Source: a bacterium (GTDB lineage Bacteria > Calditrichota > Calditrichia > RBG-13-44-9 > J042). Taken from it: a stretch of DNA of 64,000 nucleotides. The DNA is taken from NCBI GenBank assembly GCA_015485355.1, contig WFTQ01000109.1:1088-65087 (forward strand), in the 5' to 3' direction. Position 1 is the first letter of the stretch, and each line of letters begins with the position of its first letter. Both the position numbers and the translations under genes were made by a program. Of this stretch, positions 49,833 to 59,071 are shown one piece after another. Under the pieces are notes generated by a model. That model did not search any database and had not been told where the DNA came from. It was given only the letters and a program-made list of their open reading frames with translations.

Positions 49833-49868
49833 CCATGGAGCAATCCGGTGAAAAGGATTGCTCCATGG
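49833..49868. terminator. Perfect 14-bp hairpin downstream of merA
   Basis: CCATGGAGCAATCC-GGTGAAAA-GGATTGCTCCATGG. Confidence 0.55.
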
Positions 49869-49995
49869 CGTAGGAGGCCTAAGGAACAGGCCCGAGGCAT
49901 TACAAACTGACGATCCGGCATCCCCTGTTGCCGTGTGAGCGTCCACCGGGAGAATGTTCATCCCGAGGGATGCCGTGTGGCCGGGGAGAACAGAG

Positions 49996-50673
49996 TTACC
50001 TTACCACCGTACCCCGGATCACATCCTGTCCCAGTTTCGAGTGTATCCGTATGAAGTAGTGACCACTGGAGAAGCTCGCGGGAACGTGAATGTCGTGATA
50101 TCCGGGGGGAAACATCTCTTGTTTTTGCCACACTTGCTGGCCCAGTATGTTATAAACGGTAATATTGATTTCGGAAGTTCGGGGCATCGCCACTCGGACG
50201 ATGAAGTCGCCGTTGGTTGGATTGGGCCAGAGCCGCATGATTTCGAATCGCTTGGGAATGAGATTATCCTCTGCCCTGATGGCAGTGATTAAGGTGTTGA
50301 ATTCCATAGTGTCGCTCCGGCTGACGTTTCGGGCGTAATCGATTGCCGTCACATAATAAGCAATTTTATGGTCGGAACTATCGGTGGCGGGGATTTCTCC
50401 CCGGTAACGGCAGGTATCGATTGGATGGGGAGAATGATCGATGAAATGAAATCCACTTTTTTCGAGGGTTGCATTTCCCTCTGGCTGACATCGGATTAAA
50501 CGGGAGACGATAGACGGGTTCCCTGCTCGATGAAACGGAAGCGATAGGGTGCCGACAAGGCGAGAGGCCATAAAGGGAAATTCATCAGAAAACTCTTTAG
50601 AAAGTTCGTCCGTTCGGATCATATCCTCTGTCTGTGTTTTGGTCACCCAAAAAAGGGATAAGTTTTGTGCCAC
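49996..50673 (-). pseudogene. C-terminal remnant of a secreted protein with a T9SS (Por_Secre_tail-like) sorting domain
   Basis: WPNPTNG...ITVYNILGQQV...SSGHYFIRI at the C-terminus. No credible signal peptide, RBS or start, and the N-terminal part of the ORF looks non-coding. Confidence 0.65.
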
Positions 50674-50820
50674 AAAATTTTATTTAATGTCTTGATTTTT
50701 TTTGATAAGAGTGGCAAATTTTACCAACATTTCACAGAAAATCTGTGGCAACTAAAACCACAATTGACGTCTTGATCTTTAAAAACAGTCTGCCTGTGCT
50801 TTCTCAAGAAAGGTGGCAAG
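50658..50820. promoter_or_regulatory. sigma54-like promoter, IHF-like site and repeated GTGGCAA enhancer-like boxes
   Basis: Minus-strand TGGCAC-AAAAC-TTAT (50658-50672). AATCAAGACATTA on the minus strand (50685-50697) fits WATCAAN4TTR. GTGGCAA occurs at 50711, 50745 and 50813. Confidence 0.45.
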
Positions 50821-50829
50821 GGGATTTGT

Positions 50830-53340
50830 TTGATTATGATGTGTTTTCATAAATGGCACCCGGCGAAAAAAGTGTATGTTTACTTATTCATCATCGCTGT
50901 CTTTCTTGGCATTATAATTGCGCATAGGTTTCTTCCCAGAATCCATTTTTATAAATTGGAAAAGGAGTACCCGGATAGAGCCGTTGACCATAGCTACTTG
51001 ATCTACCATGATTTCGAGAAAGATGGTTTCAGTGAGTCCATTGTTTTGATCGTTGATCAACAAAACGATGTCACCAATTTTATGGTCCGAAATTTCATAG
51101 GAAATGTCATCCAGCAGTTTAACGTTCCCGGTTACGTTTCCAATATCGAAAATAGAAAAAACAGCTTTTCTTTTGCAGATATCAATGACGACAACTTTGA
51201 TGAATTGTGCATCTTTCATCAGGATCGGGATTCTTTATTTTTAACGATCATTGATGTGAAAAACGAACAATACTATATCGATAAATCTTTTTTACTCAGA
51301 CGTGAGCATTTCAATAAATTTCAAAAATGGGATATATATTATAGTGATTTCCAGTTATTGGACATTGATAATGACGGGACCAAAGAACTGATCTTTGCTA
51401 TTGTTTCCGGATTTTCATTGCAACCCCGCGGAGTGTTTATTTTTGATATCAAAGAGAAACGAATAACCCATTCCTTTCGGACCAATGCCTCGATTATTAA
51501 ATTGCATTTTGGTGATATCAATGAGGATGGTTATCAAGAGATTATTGCCTCGACTTATGCGGGGGGAAATTACCCTCCCGATTCGGCCTTTTCGGACTAT
51601 TATAGCTGGCTTTTCGTTTTTGATCATCAACTGAATCTGCTTTTTCCCCCTAAAAAGTTTTACGGATTCACCTCCTCATTGCAGGCTTTTGCGATCAAAT
51701 ATAACAATCGCCCGGTTATCTGGGCATTTTCCAGCTATGGTGGAGTATCGGAATTCCCGGTAAAGGTCATGTTTATTAATCACAGGGGGGAGATCATCCG
51801 AGAACAGCTGCTGCCCTCGCGTTTTTTTGCCAGCTATGGTCTGTTTACAGATGAAGAAGGAGAGTTTACCGTATTGGCCGATCAGATTTCACGGCAAACT
51901 ATCCAGGTGCGTCCCTTTTTTACTATTTCTCATCAATATTATCACGAAGAACGGCTGAATCGATTTGATTATGTGGATATTGATTGGGATAAGCAGCCCG
52001 AACTGATTCTTTATGGAGGGCGCCAATTTTTGATCTTTAATCGGGATTTTGATTTGTTGACTCAATTTCCCATCGGGGAGTTGAATCTGGGGGCGTTTCA
52101 TTATTTTTCGGTGAGGATGAAGGGACCCGGGACTTTGCCCAGTTTTTGTTTTTCTGCGCAGAATGGGACCCATTTGTATCGTTTGGTTAAAAATCCCCTT
52201 TATCCATGGCGCTACTCCATCTTTTTCATTGCTGTGGCGACATTATATTCCGCATCTGCATTAATCTACAGACTGATCATGATGCTTTCCCTATATTTTG
52301 GTTTTTTAACCTCCTATTTAAAAAATACGGCTAATGGGATTTTAATAATCAATTATGCAGGGCGAATCGTTTCCTACAACAATCCCTTTCTCTCCTTGCT
52401 CCGCCTATCCGAAACCTTTAAGAAAAAAGATTGTTTTTTGCATATTTTAAGAGAACGCAAATCCCTGGTCGCTTTGATCCAGAGGGCTATCAGGCATCAT
52501 TGTGATATTCAAGAATACGTCTCATTTAAAAACGGCGATCAGATTGTTGACGTTTGGGTGTCTATAAAACCCCTGACGGTTTTGTCAGGTATTCCCTATG
52601 GTTATATGATCGAAGTACGGGATAGGCCATCCTCCGAACTGGGGGATCGGGCCCGGTTATGGGCGAAAACGGTCCAGAAACTCGCCCACGATATTAAAAC
52701 CCCCCTCTCTTCGATCGCTGTGGGACTGAAGACTGTAGAGCATTATGTGGTCAATTCCCCCTTGAAGAATAAGGATGAATTGCAAGAGGATCTGCAAACC
52801 ATGCGGTATGAAATCGAAAGAATTCATGAAATCACCAAAAGCTTCTTGAAGTTTACGAACTTGGAAAAACCGAATTTTCAGATTGCGGAAATCCATCACA
52901 GTCTTCAACGGAGTCTGGAGCGCTTTAGCGAATTTTTTGAACGCGGCAACATTCAGTTGAATATCGATCTGGATCCGGATATGGAGCTATTTTATTTTGA
53001 TCCCCAGCAAATGGAGATTGTGTTTAATATCCTTTTGGAAAATGCCATTGATGCCATGGAAGGCCGCGGTACCCTGTCCGTTGTTACTACGCAAGTGGAA
53101 AACGTGATCGAAAATGCTCCCCGATTGTGTGAAATAGAAATCACCGACAGCGGCCCGGGAATCCCTCCGGATGAGCAAGAAAATGTTTTTGAACCTTTCT
53201 TTACCACAAAAAAAGAAGGTACCGGAATGGGACTGACAATTGCCCGAAAAATTATCGAAGACCATAATGGAAGTATTACTTTTTACAGTAAAGAAAATTT
53301 GGGGACCACTTTTCGGATTACCTTGCCCATGAGGAAGTAA
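50830..53340 (+). CDS. Sensor histidine kinase with a periplasmic FG-GAP/VCBS-repeat domain, PAS-like domain, HisKA and HATPase
   Basis: TM1, five DxxxDxxxE(L/I)-type repeats, TM2, LAHDIKTPL, ENAIDAM, DSGPGI and FFTTKKEGTGMGL. Confidence 0.9.
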   Translation: MIMMCFHKWHPAKKVYVYLFIIAVFLGIIIAHRFLPRIHFYKLEKEYPDRAVDHSYLIYHDFEKDGFSESIVLIVDQQNDVTNFMVRNFIGNVIQQFNVPGYVSNIENRKNSFSFADINDDNFDELCIFHQDRDSLFLTIIDVKNEQYYIDKSFLLRREHFNKFQKWDIYYSDFQLLDIDNDGTKELIFAIVSGFSLQPRGVFIFDIKEKRITHSFRTNASIIKLHFGDINEDGYQEIIASTYAGGNYPPDSAFSDYYSWLFVFDHQLNLLFPPKKFYGFTSSLQAFAIKYNNRPVIWAFSSYGGVSEFPVKVMFINHRGEIIREQLLPSRFFASYGLFTDEEGEFTVLADQISRQTIQVRPFFTISHQYYHEERLNRFDYVDIDWDKQPELILYGGRQFLIFNRDFDLLTQFPIGELNLGAFHYFSVRMKGPGTLPSFCFSAQNGTHLYRLVKNPLYPWRYSIFFIAVATLYSASALIYRLIMMLSLYFGFLTSYLKNTANGILIINYAGRIVSYNNPFLSLLRLSETFKKKDCFLHILRERKSLVALIQRAIRHHCDIQEYVSFKNGDQIVDVWVSIKPLTVLSGIPYGYMIEVRDRPSSELGDRARLWAKTVQKLAHDIKTPLSSIAVGLKTVEHYVVNSPLKNKDELQEDLQTMRYEIERIHEITKSFLKFTNLEKPNFQIAEIHHSLQRSLERFSEFFERGNIQLNIDLDPDMELFYFDPQQMEIVFNILLENAIDAMEGRGTLSVVTTQVENVIENAPRLCEIEITDSGPGIPPDEQENVFEPFFTTKKEGTGMGLTIARKIIEDHNGSITFYSKENLGTTFRITLPMRK

Positions 53341-53375
53341 ACGAGAAGCGAAATGGTTCTGATGCAAAAACGGGA

Positions 53376-54779
53376 TTGATGGGAATGAACAATCGGATTC
53401 TGGTCATAGATGATGACGAAATCTTGCTCCGAAACCTTAAACGGTTGTTAGAGACTCAGCAATATATCGTGGATACCGTTAGTAATCCTCAGTTGGTGCT
53501 CCCGCTGTTAAGTAAAAAGGCTTATAGTTGTTTGTTATTGGACGTTCGAATGCCTGCTGTGAGCGGAATGGAGTTACTCAAACGATTGAAGCGGGACTAC
53601 GGAAAGATTCCCGTCATCATGATTTCCGGCCGCAGTACCATCGGAACGGCGGTTGAGGCCTTGAAAATGGGAGCCTATGATTTTATCGAAAAGCCGATAA
53701 ACCCGGATCGTCTGCTGGTCTCCATACAGAATGCCATAGAGAAACGCGTGTTGATGGAGGAAAAAGAAGTTATTTTCCGCGAGCTTCAGGAAAATTACCG
53801 GATGGTTGGGACCAGTAAGGCTTTGAAGAAAGTGATTCTGGACATTGAAAAAGCAGCGGAAGTGGATGCCAAAGTTCTCATCACGGGCGAAAGCGGAGTG
53901 GGAAAGGAGCTGGTGGCATGGGCGGTCCATCATCGAAGTCAACGCAAGGCGAAACCTTATGTCAAAGTCAATTGTGCGGCTATCCCCGCGGAATTGTTAG
54001 AAGCCGAACTGTTTGGACATCGGAAAGGGGCTTTCACCGGGGCCGTTGAGGACCGGAAAGGAAAGTTTATAGCCGCCCATGGGGGCACGCTTTTTCTGGA
54101 TGAGATTGGGGATATGGATCTGCGGCTTCAGGGAAAACTGTTGCGGGTGCTGGAAGAAAATGAAGTGGAAATCCTGGGCGAATCCCTTCCCCGGAAAGTG
54201 GACGTTCGCATCATTGCTGCAACCAATAAAGACCTGGAACGGATGGTGGAAGAGCAAAAGTTCCGTCTGGATTTGTATCATCGCCTGGATGTCTTACGAA
54301 TTCATATTCCTCCTTTGAGAGAAAGAAAAGAGGATGTTCTCCCTCTGGTCTATTTTTTTCTGGAAAAGTTCAGCCAAACCTATAACCGTAAGGTTATGCG
54401 TTTGCATCCCCTGAGCGAAGATGTGCTCCTGAATTACGATTGGCCCGGTAATGTCCGTGAGTTGCGCAATGTGATTGAAAGATTGGTGGTTTTCAGTGAG
54501 GGCGAAGTCGTGCCGCCGGAGATGGTGTGGGCACAATTGAGGTCCGCAACGGAGGTTCATCCCTTATACACTTTGAAGGGGTTCGATTTGGTCAATATCC
54601 AGACGGCTCGTCAGATTTTCGAGAAGAATTACCTGAAGTTGGTACTGGATAAGGTGGGCTGGAAGAAAGGCGAAGCTGCCCGCATCCTGGGCATTGATCG
54701 TTCCAATTTATATAAGAAGTTGCGCAAACATGGCCTGTTAAAGCGTGATGATTCTGATAACGATACGACGGCCCCGTAA
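53376..54779 (+). CDS. sigma54-dependent (NtrC/AtoC-like) response regulator
   Basis: Receiver LLDVRMP, Walker [32 protein letters not shown] and a Fis-type HTH. Confidence 0.96.
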   Translation: MMGMNNRILVIDDDEILLRNLKRLLETQQYIVDTVSNPQLVLPLLSKKAYSCLLLDVRMPAVSGMELLKRLKRDYGKIPVIMISGRSTIGTAVEALKMGAYDFIEKPINPDRLLVSIQNAIEKRVLMEEKEVIFRELQENYRMVGTSKALKKVILDIEKAAEVDAKVLITGESGVGKELVAWAVHHRSQRKAKPYVKVNCAAIPAELLEAELFGHRKGAFTGAVEDRKGKFIAAHGGTLFLDEIGDMDLRLQGKLLRVLEENEVEILGESLPRKVDVRIIAATNKDLERMVEEQKFRLDLYHRLDVLRIHIPPLRERKEDVLPLVYFFLEKFSQTYNRKVMRLHPLSEDVLLNYDWPGNVRELRNVIERLVVFSEGEVVPPEMVWAQLRSATEVHPLYTLKGFDLVNIQTARQIFEKNYLKLVLDKVGWKKGEAARILGIDRSNLYKKLRKHGLLKRDDSDNDTTAP

Positions 54780-54858
54780 AGGCAAACCTACCACCTGCCG
54801 GGAGATGGCATGGTACTGATTTTGGGCCTGCCGTTCGGAACGGGACGATGGTATTGCT

Positions 54859-56181
54859 TCAATAAATTTTTAAATATCGATTGATTTCCCAGGCGTGCAC
54901 CTGAGAGATGTACTCATGCCATTCCTTCTTTTTCGCCTCGATAAAATGGAAAAAGATATGATCGCCCAGGGTTTCCCGCATCAGTTTGCTTTTTTGCATA
55001 TGCTCGATGGCCTGCAGCAGATTGGAGGGCAGGGGATGAATGCGCAGACGTTTTTTCTCCCGCTCGCTCATGGTAAAAATGTTTTTATTCACCGGGGGTG
55101 GAGGAGTGATTTTTCGTTCGATGCCGTCGAGTCCGGCGGCAAGCATAACAGCCAGAGCCAGATAAGGATTGCAGGAGGGGTCGGGAACTCGCAATTCAAT
55201 GCGTGTGGACTCCCCCCGTTTGGCGGGTACCCGCACCAGGGGACTCCGATTGCGCTCCGACCAGGCGATGTTCACCGGCGCTTCGTAGCCGGGCACCAGG
55301 CGTTTGTAAGAATTGACCAGGGGATTGGTAACGGCCAGAAATGCCCGCACATGGGTCAGTATGCCACCGATAAAATATCGCGCCGTGTCGCTCAATTGTT
55401 GATCTCCATCAGGATCGTAAAAAGCATTCTTGCCGTTCCGGAAGAGGGACATGTGGGTATGCATGCCGGAGCCGTTGATGCCGTAAACCGGTTTAGGCAT
55501 AAAAGTGGCATGCAGGCGATAGTTCTGGGCAACGGTGCGAATAATGTATTTAAACGTCGTCACATTGTCGGCCGTGGTCACGGCATCGGCGTATTTAAAG
55601 TCGATTTCGTGCTGCCCCGCAGCCACTTCGTGATGGGCCGCTTCCACCTCAAATCCCATGGAAATCAATACATTGACCATCTCCTGCCGGGCTTTTTCCC
55701 CCCGATCGATAGGGGCCAAATCAAAATACCCGGCGGCATCATGGGTCCGATTGGTGGCTTCGCCGTGCTCGTCAATCAGAAATAAAAAGAACTCCACCTC
55801 CGGGCCTGCATAAAACGTAAACCCCTGCTCTTGCGCCCGCTTTACCACCCGCTTGAGCACCTGTCGGGGATCGCCTTCAAAGGGAGTGCCGTCGGGATTG
55901 AATACCTCACAAATGATACGAGCCACTTTCCCCTGGGCCGAACTCCACGGAAGTATCCGAAAAGTGGAATAATCGGGTTTTAAAAGCATATCCGATTCCT
56001 CGATGCGGGCAAAACCGTCGATGGACGATCCGTCGAACATGATCTCCCCGTCCAGTGCCTTCCCGAATTGTGAACGAGGGATCTCCACGTTTTTATTGGC
56101 CCCCATAATGTCCGTGAATTGCAACCGCATAAATTGAATGTTCTCTTTGTCGCAGGTTTTCAAGATTTCGTCTCTTGTCAT
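54859..56181 (-). CDS. glnA: Glutamine synthetase type I (alpha-like, 440 aa)
   Basis: FDGSSIDGF, HHEVAAGQHEIDF, ATFMPKP, NGSGMHTH, KRLVPGYEAP and IELRVPDP. RBS GGAGG before the ATG at 56181. Confidence 0.96.
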   Translation of the reverse strand: MTRDEILKTCDKENIQFMRLQFTDIMGANKNVEIPRSQFGKALDGEIMFDGSSIDGFARIEESDMLLKPDYSTFRILPWSSAQGKVARIICEVFNPDGTPFEGDPRQVLKRVVKRAQEQGFTFYAGPEVEFFLFLIDEHGEATNRTHDAAGYFDLAPIDRGEKARQEMVNVLISMGFEVEAAHHEVAAGQHEIDFKYADAVTTADNVTTFKYIIRTVAQNYRLHATFMPKPVYGINGSGMHTHMSLFRNGKNAFYDPDGDQQLSDTARYFIGGILTHVRAFLAVTNPLVNSYKRLVPGYEAPVNIAWSERNRSPLVRVPAKRGESTRIELRVPDPSCNPYLALAVMLAAGLDGIERKITPPPPVNKNIFTMSEREKKRLRIHPLPSNLLQAIEHMQKSKLMRETLGDHIFFHFIEAKKKEWHEYISQVHAWEINRYLKIY

Positions 56182-56573
56182 AAAACCTCCCCGTTTTGTG
56201 GTGAGCGGTGATTGTTGCCAATCCCGCGAAATATAATGATCGTCTCGCCGAAATAAAACCATTATTTTGCAGAATGATTCCTGATTTACCCGTGAACGAC
56301 ACGAATCGGCGTTAAGATCATCATCGTGAATGGCCCCGGGATGCATTGCTTCTGTTGCGGGGATGTCGACAGTCGCTAAAGGCTTTCGGCCGTCCGCTTG
56401 GTTTCCGCACCGTTTTGCAGCTTCGGAAAGAGGGAACGGTGAATCCCGCTTTAGATGATTGGAAAAACGAAGACAGAAAATTCCGGAGTAATTTGACTGT
56501 TTGTTGAATAATTCCGCAGGATTTAGTATAATCAGACATACGAAGGAGTGGAGGAAAAAACCAGGAGGCGGTT

Positions 56574-57791
56574 ATGAAATTACATTTCAATTTTAAAGAT
56601 TTGTTTCGGGCGCCCCGCATTGCTCTGGGTTTTCAACGCTTATGGATTAATGGATTGGGGTTGTTTATTGGGTATTGGGTGTATTTAATATTTACGTACA
56701 TTAGCTTGTTGATCAGTGGATACACTTTTGGGCAGGTATGGCAAAAACAGGCCTTGCTGGCGTGTGCCTTTTCCTTCCCCCAGCCCTGGTTTGGGCGAAC
56801 CATCGCCGCCGTTGGCGTTGCCCTATTGGCCGCTATCATTTTATTGACCAACACCGCCCTCGCCCGAGCCTCGTACATGGTTCTACGGGACGAGTTCTTT
56901 TATACCTGGTCCCAGGCTTTTCGCTTTGCCCTGCGAAAATGGGTGTCGGTTATCGGGGCCTTTTTCACCTTCGCCTTTATGATTGCTTTTTTTGTTATCG
57001 GGGCCCTTTTCATGGGTTTGGTAGGACGAATCCCGGTGTTTGGTGAATGGTTCAACGCCTTATTGACCCTCCCCTATATTTTTGCCGCCGTTCTGCTGGG
57101 CTTTATTGTAGTGGTCACTTTTGTGGGGATTATTCTGGTACCGGCGATTATTGCCGTTTCCGATGAAGACGCCCTGGGAGGTGTCTTTCAATCGTTTAGT
57201 ATGACCTTTAATCAGCCCTGGCGGTTAGCCGTTTATGGGGGTATCGTGGGCGTTCTGGAAATTGTGGGGATGCTCCTGTTCGCGCTGGTATTAAAAGTGG
57301 GATATATGATTTTCTCCGGGTTGTTCACCATCGGCATGGGCGAAAAATATATTAAAATCAAAGAAACCGCTCTGGCCTGGTTGGACCGCTTGCTCCCGGT
57401 TATGAACGAGTGGTTGCAATATTTACTGGGCTCCTTTTCCAACTGGATTTACCTCAGCCACCCCCACGTTCCGATGGCGGATACCTGGTCTTTACAAATC
57501 GCCGCCGGGATATTCACCTTCTTTTTATTGATATTGGGCGGCAGTGTACTGGCGTTTGGCGAGGCGGTGGGCAATACCGGTATGACGATTCTTTATGTTG
57601 TTTTGTATAAAATTCATGAGGATGAAAATCTTCTGGAACGGGAAGACGATGAATTGAAAGAGGAGGAAGAAGAGGGGGAAGCAGAATCGGTTTCGGAATC
57701 GCCTCCTGAGGGGGCTGGGGAGAAAGCGGCGACGGAAGGGGAGACGACGGCGGAATCCCAAGAAGAAAACCAAGCGGAACAGGGTAGTTGA
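56574..57791 (+). CDS. Multi-pass membrane protein of unknown function with an acidic C-terminal tail
   Basis: About seven hydrophobic segments, a Glu-rich tail and a strong RBS. Confidence 0.8.
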   Translation: MKLHFNFKDLFRAPRIALGFQRLWINGLGLFIGYWVYLIFTYISLLISGYTFGQVWQKQALLACAFSFPQPWFGRTIAAVGVALLAAIILLTNTALARASYMVLRDEFFYTWSQAFRFALRKWVSVIGAFFTFAFMIAFFVIGALFMGLVGRIPVFGEWFNALLTLPYIFAAVLLGFIVVVTFVGIILVPAIIAVSDEDALGGVFQSFSMTFNQPWRLAVYGGIVGVLEIVGMLLFALVLKVGYMIFSGLFTIGMGEKYIKIKETALAWLDRLLPVMNEWLQYLLGSFSNWIYLSHPHVPMADTWSLQIAAGIFTFFLLILGGSVLAFGEAVGNTGMTILYVVLYKIHEDENLLEREDDELKEEEEEGEAESVSESPPEGAGEKAATEGETTAESQEENQAEQGS

Positions 57792-57826
57792 ATTGGGGAA
57801 AGAAATTGGCCGGCCGCAAGGCAGGA

Positions 57827-59035
57827 TTAATCCTGTTTGAGGAATGCATACAGGAAGCTGAAAACGCCGGCTCCGTATAAACCCGTTACCTGGAGGGTAA
57901 GAAAGCTCATCAAAAAATAGCCCAATGCGCTCCAGGCAAAGGCTTGATATAATACCTCGGGATGGCCCCATTTTCGGGTGGCCGTCCGGAGAAAATCCTT
58001 ATACAGCCAGATAAGCAAAATCAGCCCGATCAGACCCATGTCCATTAATACCTGGAGATAGTCGGATTGCCAGCTGATATGAACGCTGGGTACCAATCGT
58101 TTCCGGCTATAAATGCCGTGACCCCATAGCACCTTTGCGTATTGATTGTCCTGAATATCGGTTTGCAGGATGTGCCATGCGTCCTTAATGATACCCAGCC
58201 GATAGGTGGTTAAGTCGCCTTTGCCGCTGGTGTAATATTCGCTGGGGGGATTAAAAAAGGGGTTGATGCGGTAATCATCGGAGCTGAGAATCATCAAGAT
58301 TAAGGTCAGGGGAATGATGGATATGGTTAAACCGTTCTGAAGTAGATGTTTGTCTTTGGGGAATCGTAGGAAACGGAACAAATAATTTGCACACCACAGT
58401 CCCATTCCAAACAATACGGCCAGGAACGCCGCCCGGGTGGCGGTGTACCACAGGGCCAGAAAATGGCTGGTTAAGATGAAAACCAATAGGCCTTTCCCCC
58501 GCAGCCGCCGGGTTTTTAAAAATAGACCTGTACCAACGGGTAGGGTAACGGCCATAAGTATGGAAAGATTGTAAATCCCCCCATAGACGCCGGCACTCCT
58601 TGGGGCTCCCAGTCCATGTTGGACGATGCCGGTCAAGGCCGGAATAGAGGAGAAAAGGATAAACGTCCATATCCAGAAGACGGCTTTTTCCTGGAGGGTG
58701 TGTTGGCAAAGGCGCCGCATGAAAACGGCCGCCACCAGAATTAGAAAAGGCATGGTGCCTGGCAGGGCCTGCACAATGGGGTAAGAACCGGCCCGTAACA
58801 CGCCCATCACGCTTACCAGAAAAAGTCCCATTAATATCCATTCTTCACCCTGAAATCGCCGGCGGAAAAATTTGGGGTGGAAGAAAAGAACCCATAGGAA
58901 GATAGCCGCTGTTTGCAGAAAGATATGAGAAAAGGTCAACCCCATCAACCATAGTATCAACATCGGTGCGCACCATCCTGTTCCCAAAACCGGTTGGAGG
59001 GAAACAAGGAATCGTCTGATTCGGTTTTTTTCCAT
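57827..59035 (-). CDS. O-antigen ligase (Wzy_C/WaaL-like) family protein
   Basis: About 11 TM segments, TATRAAFLA, large periplasmic loop with YRLGIIKDAW and LWGHG, then DYLQVLMDMGLIG. Confidence 0.75.
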   Translation of the reverse strand: MEKNRIRRFLVSLQPVLGTGWCAPMLILWLMGLTFSHIFLQTAAIFLWVLFFHPKFFRRRFQGEEWILMGLFLVSVMGVLRAGSYPIVQALPGTMPFLILVAAVFMRRLCQHTLQEKAVFWIWTFILFSSIPALTGIVQHGLGAPRSAGVYGGIYNLSILMAVTLPVGTGLFLKTRRLRGKGLLVFILTSHFLALWYTATRAAFLAVLFGMGLWCANYLFRFLRFPKDKHLLQNGLTISIIPLTLILMILSSDDYRINPFFNPPSEYYTSGKGDLTTYRLGIIKDAWHILQTDIQDNQYAKVLWGHGIYSRKRLVPSVHISWQSDYLQVLMDMGLIGLILLIWLYKDFLRTATRKWGHPEVLYQAFAWSALGYFLMSFLTLQVTGLYGAGVFSFLYAFLKQD

Positions 59036-59071
59036 GGCGTTGTATCAGGATCGTTTTTCCGATTGGTCTGG

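Noticed and set aside
54805-54822. TGGCATGGTACTGAT as a sigma54 promoter
   Set aside because: The -12 element is off by one base and there is no co-directional gene downstream.
54895-55785. 296-aa plus-strand ORF
   Set aside because: Antisense shadow of glnA.
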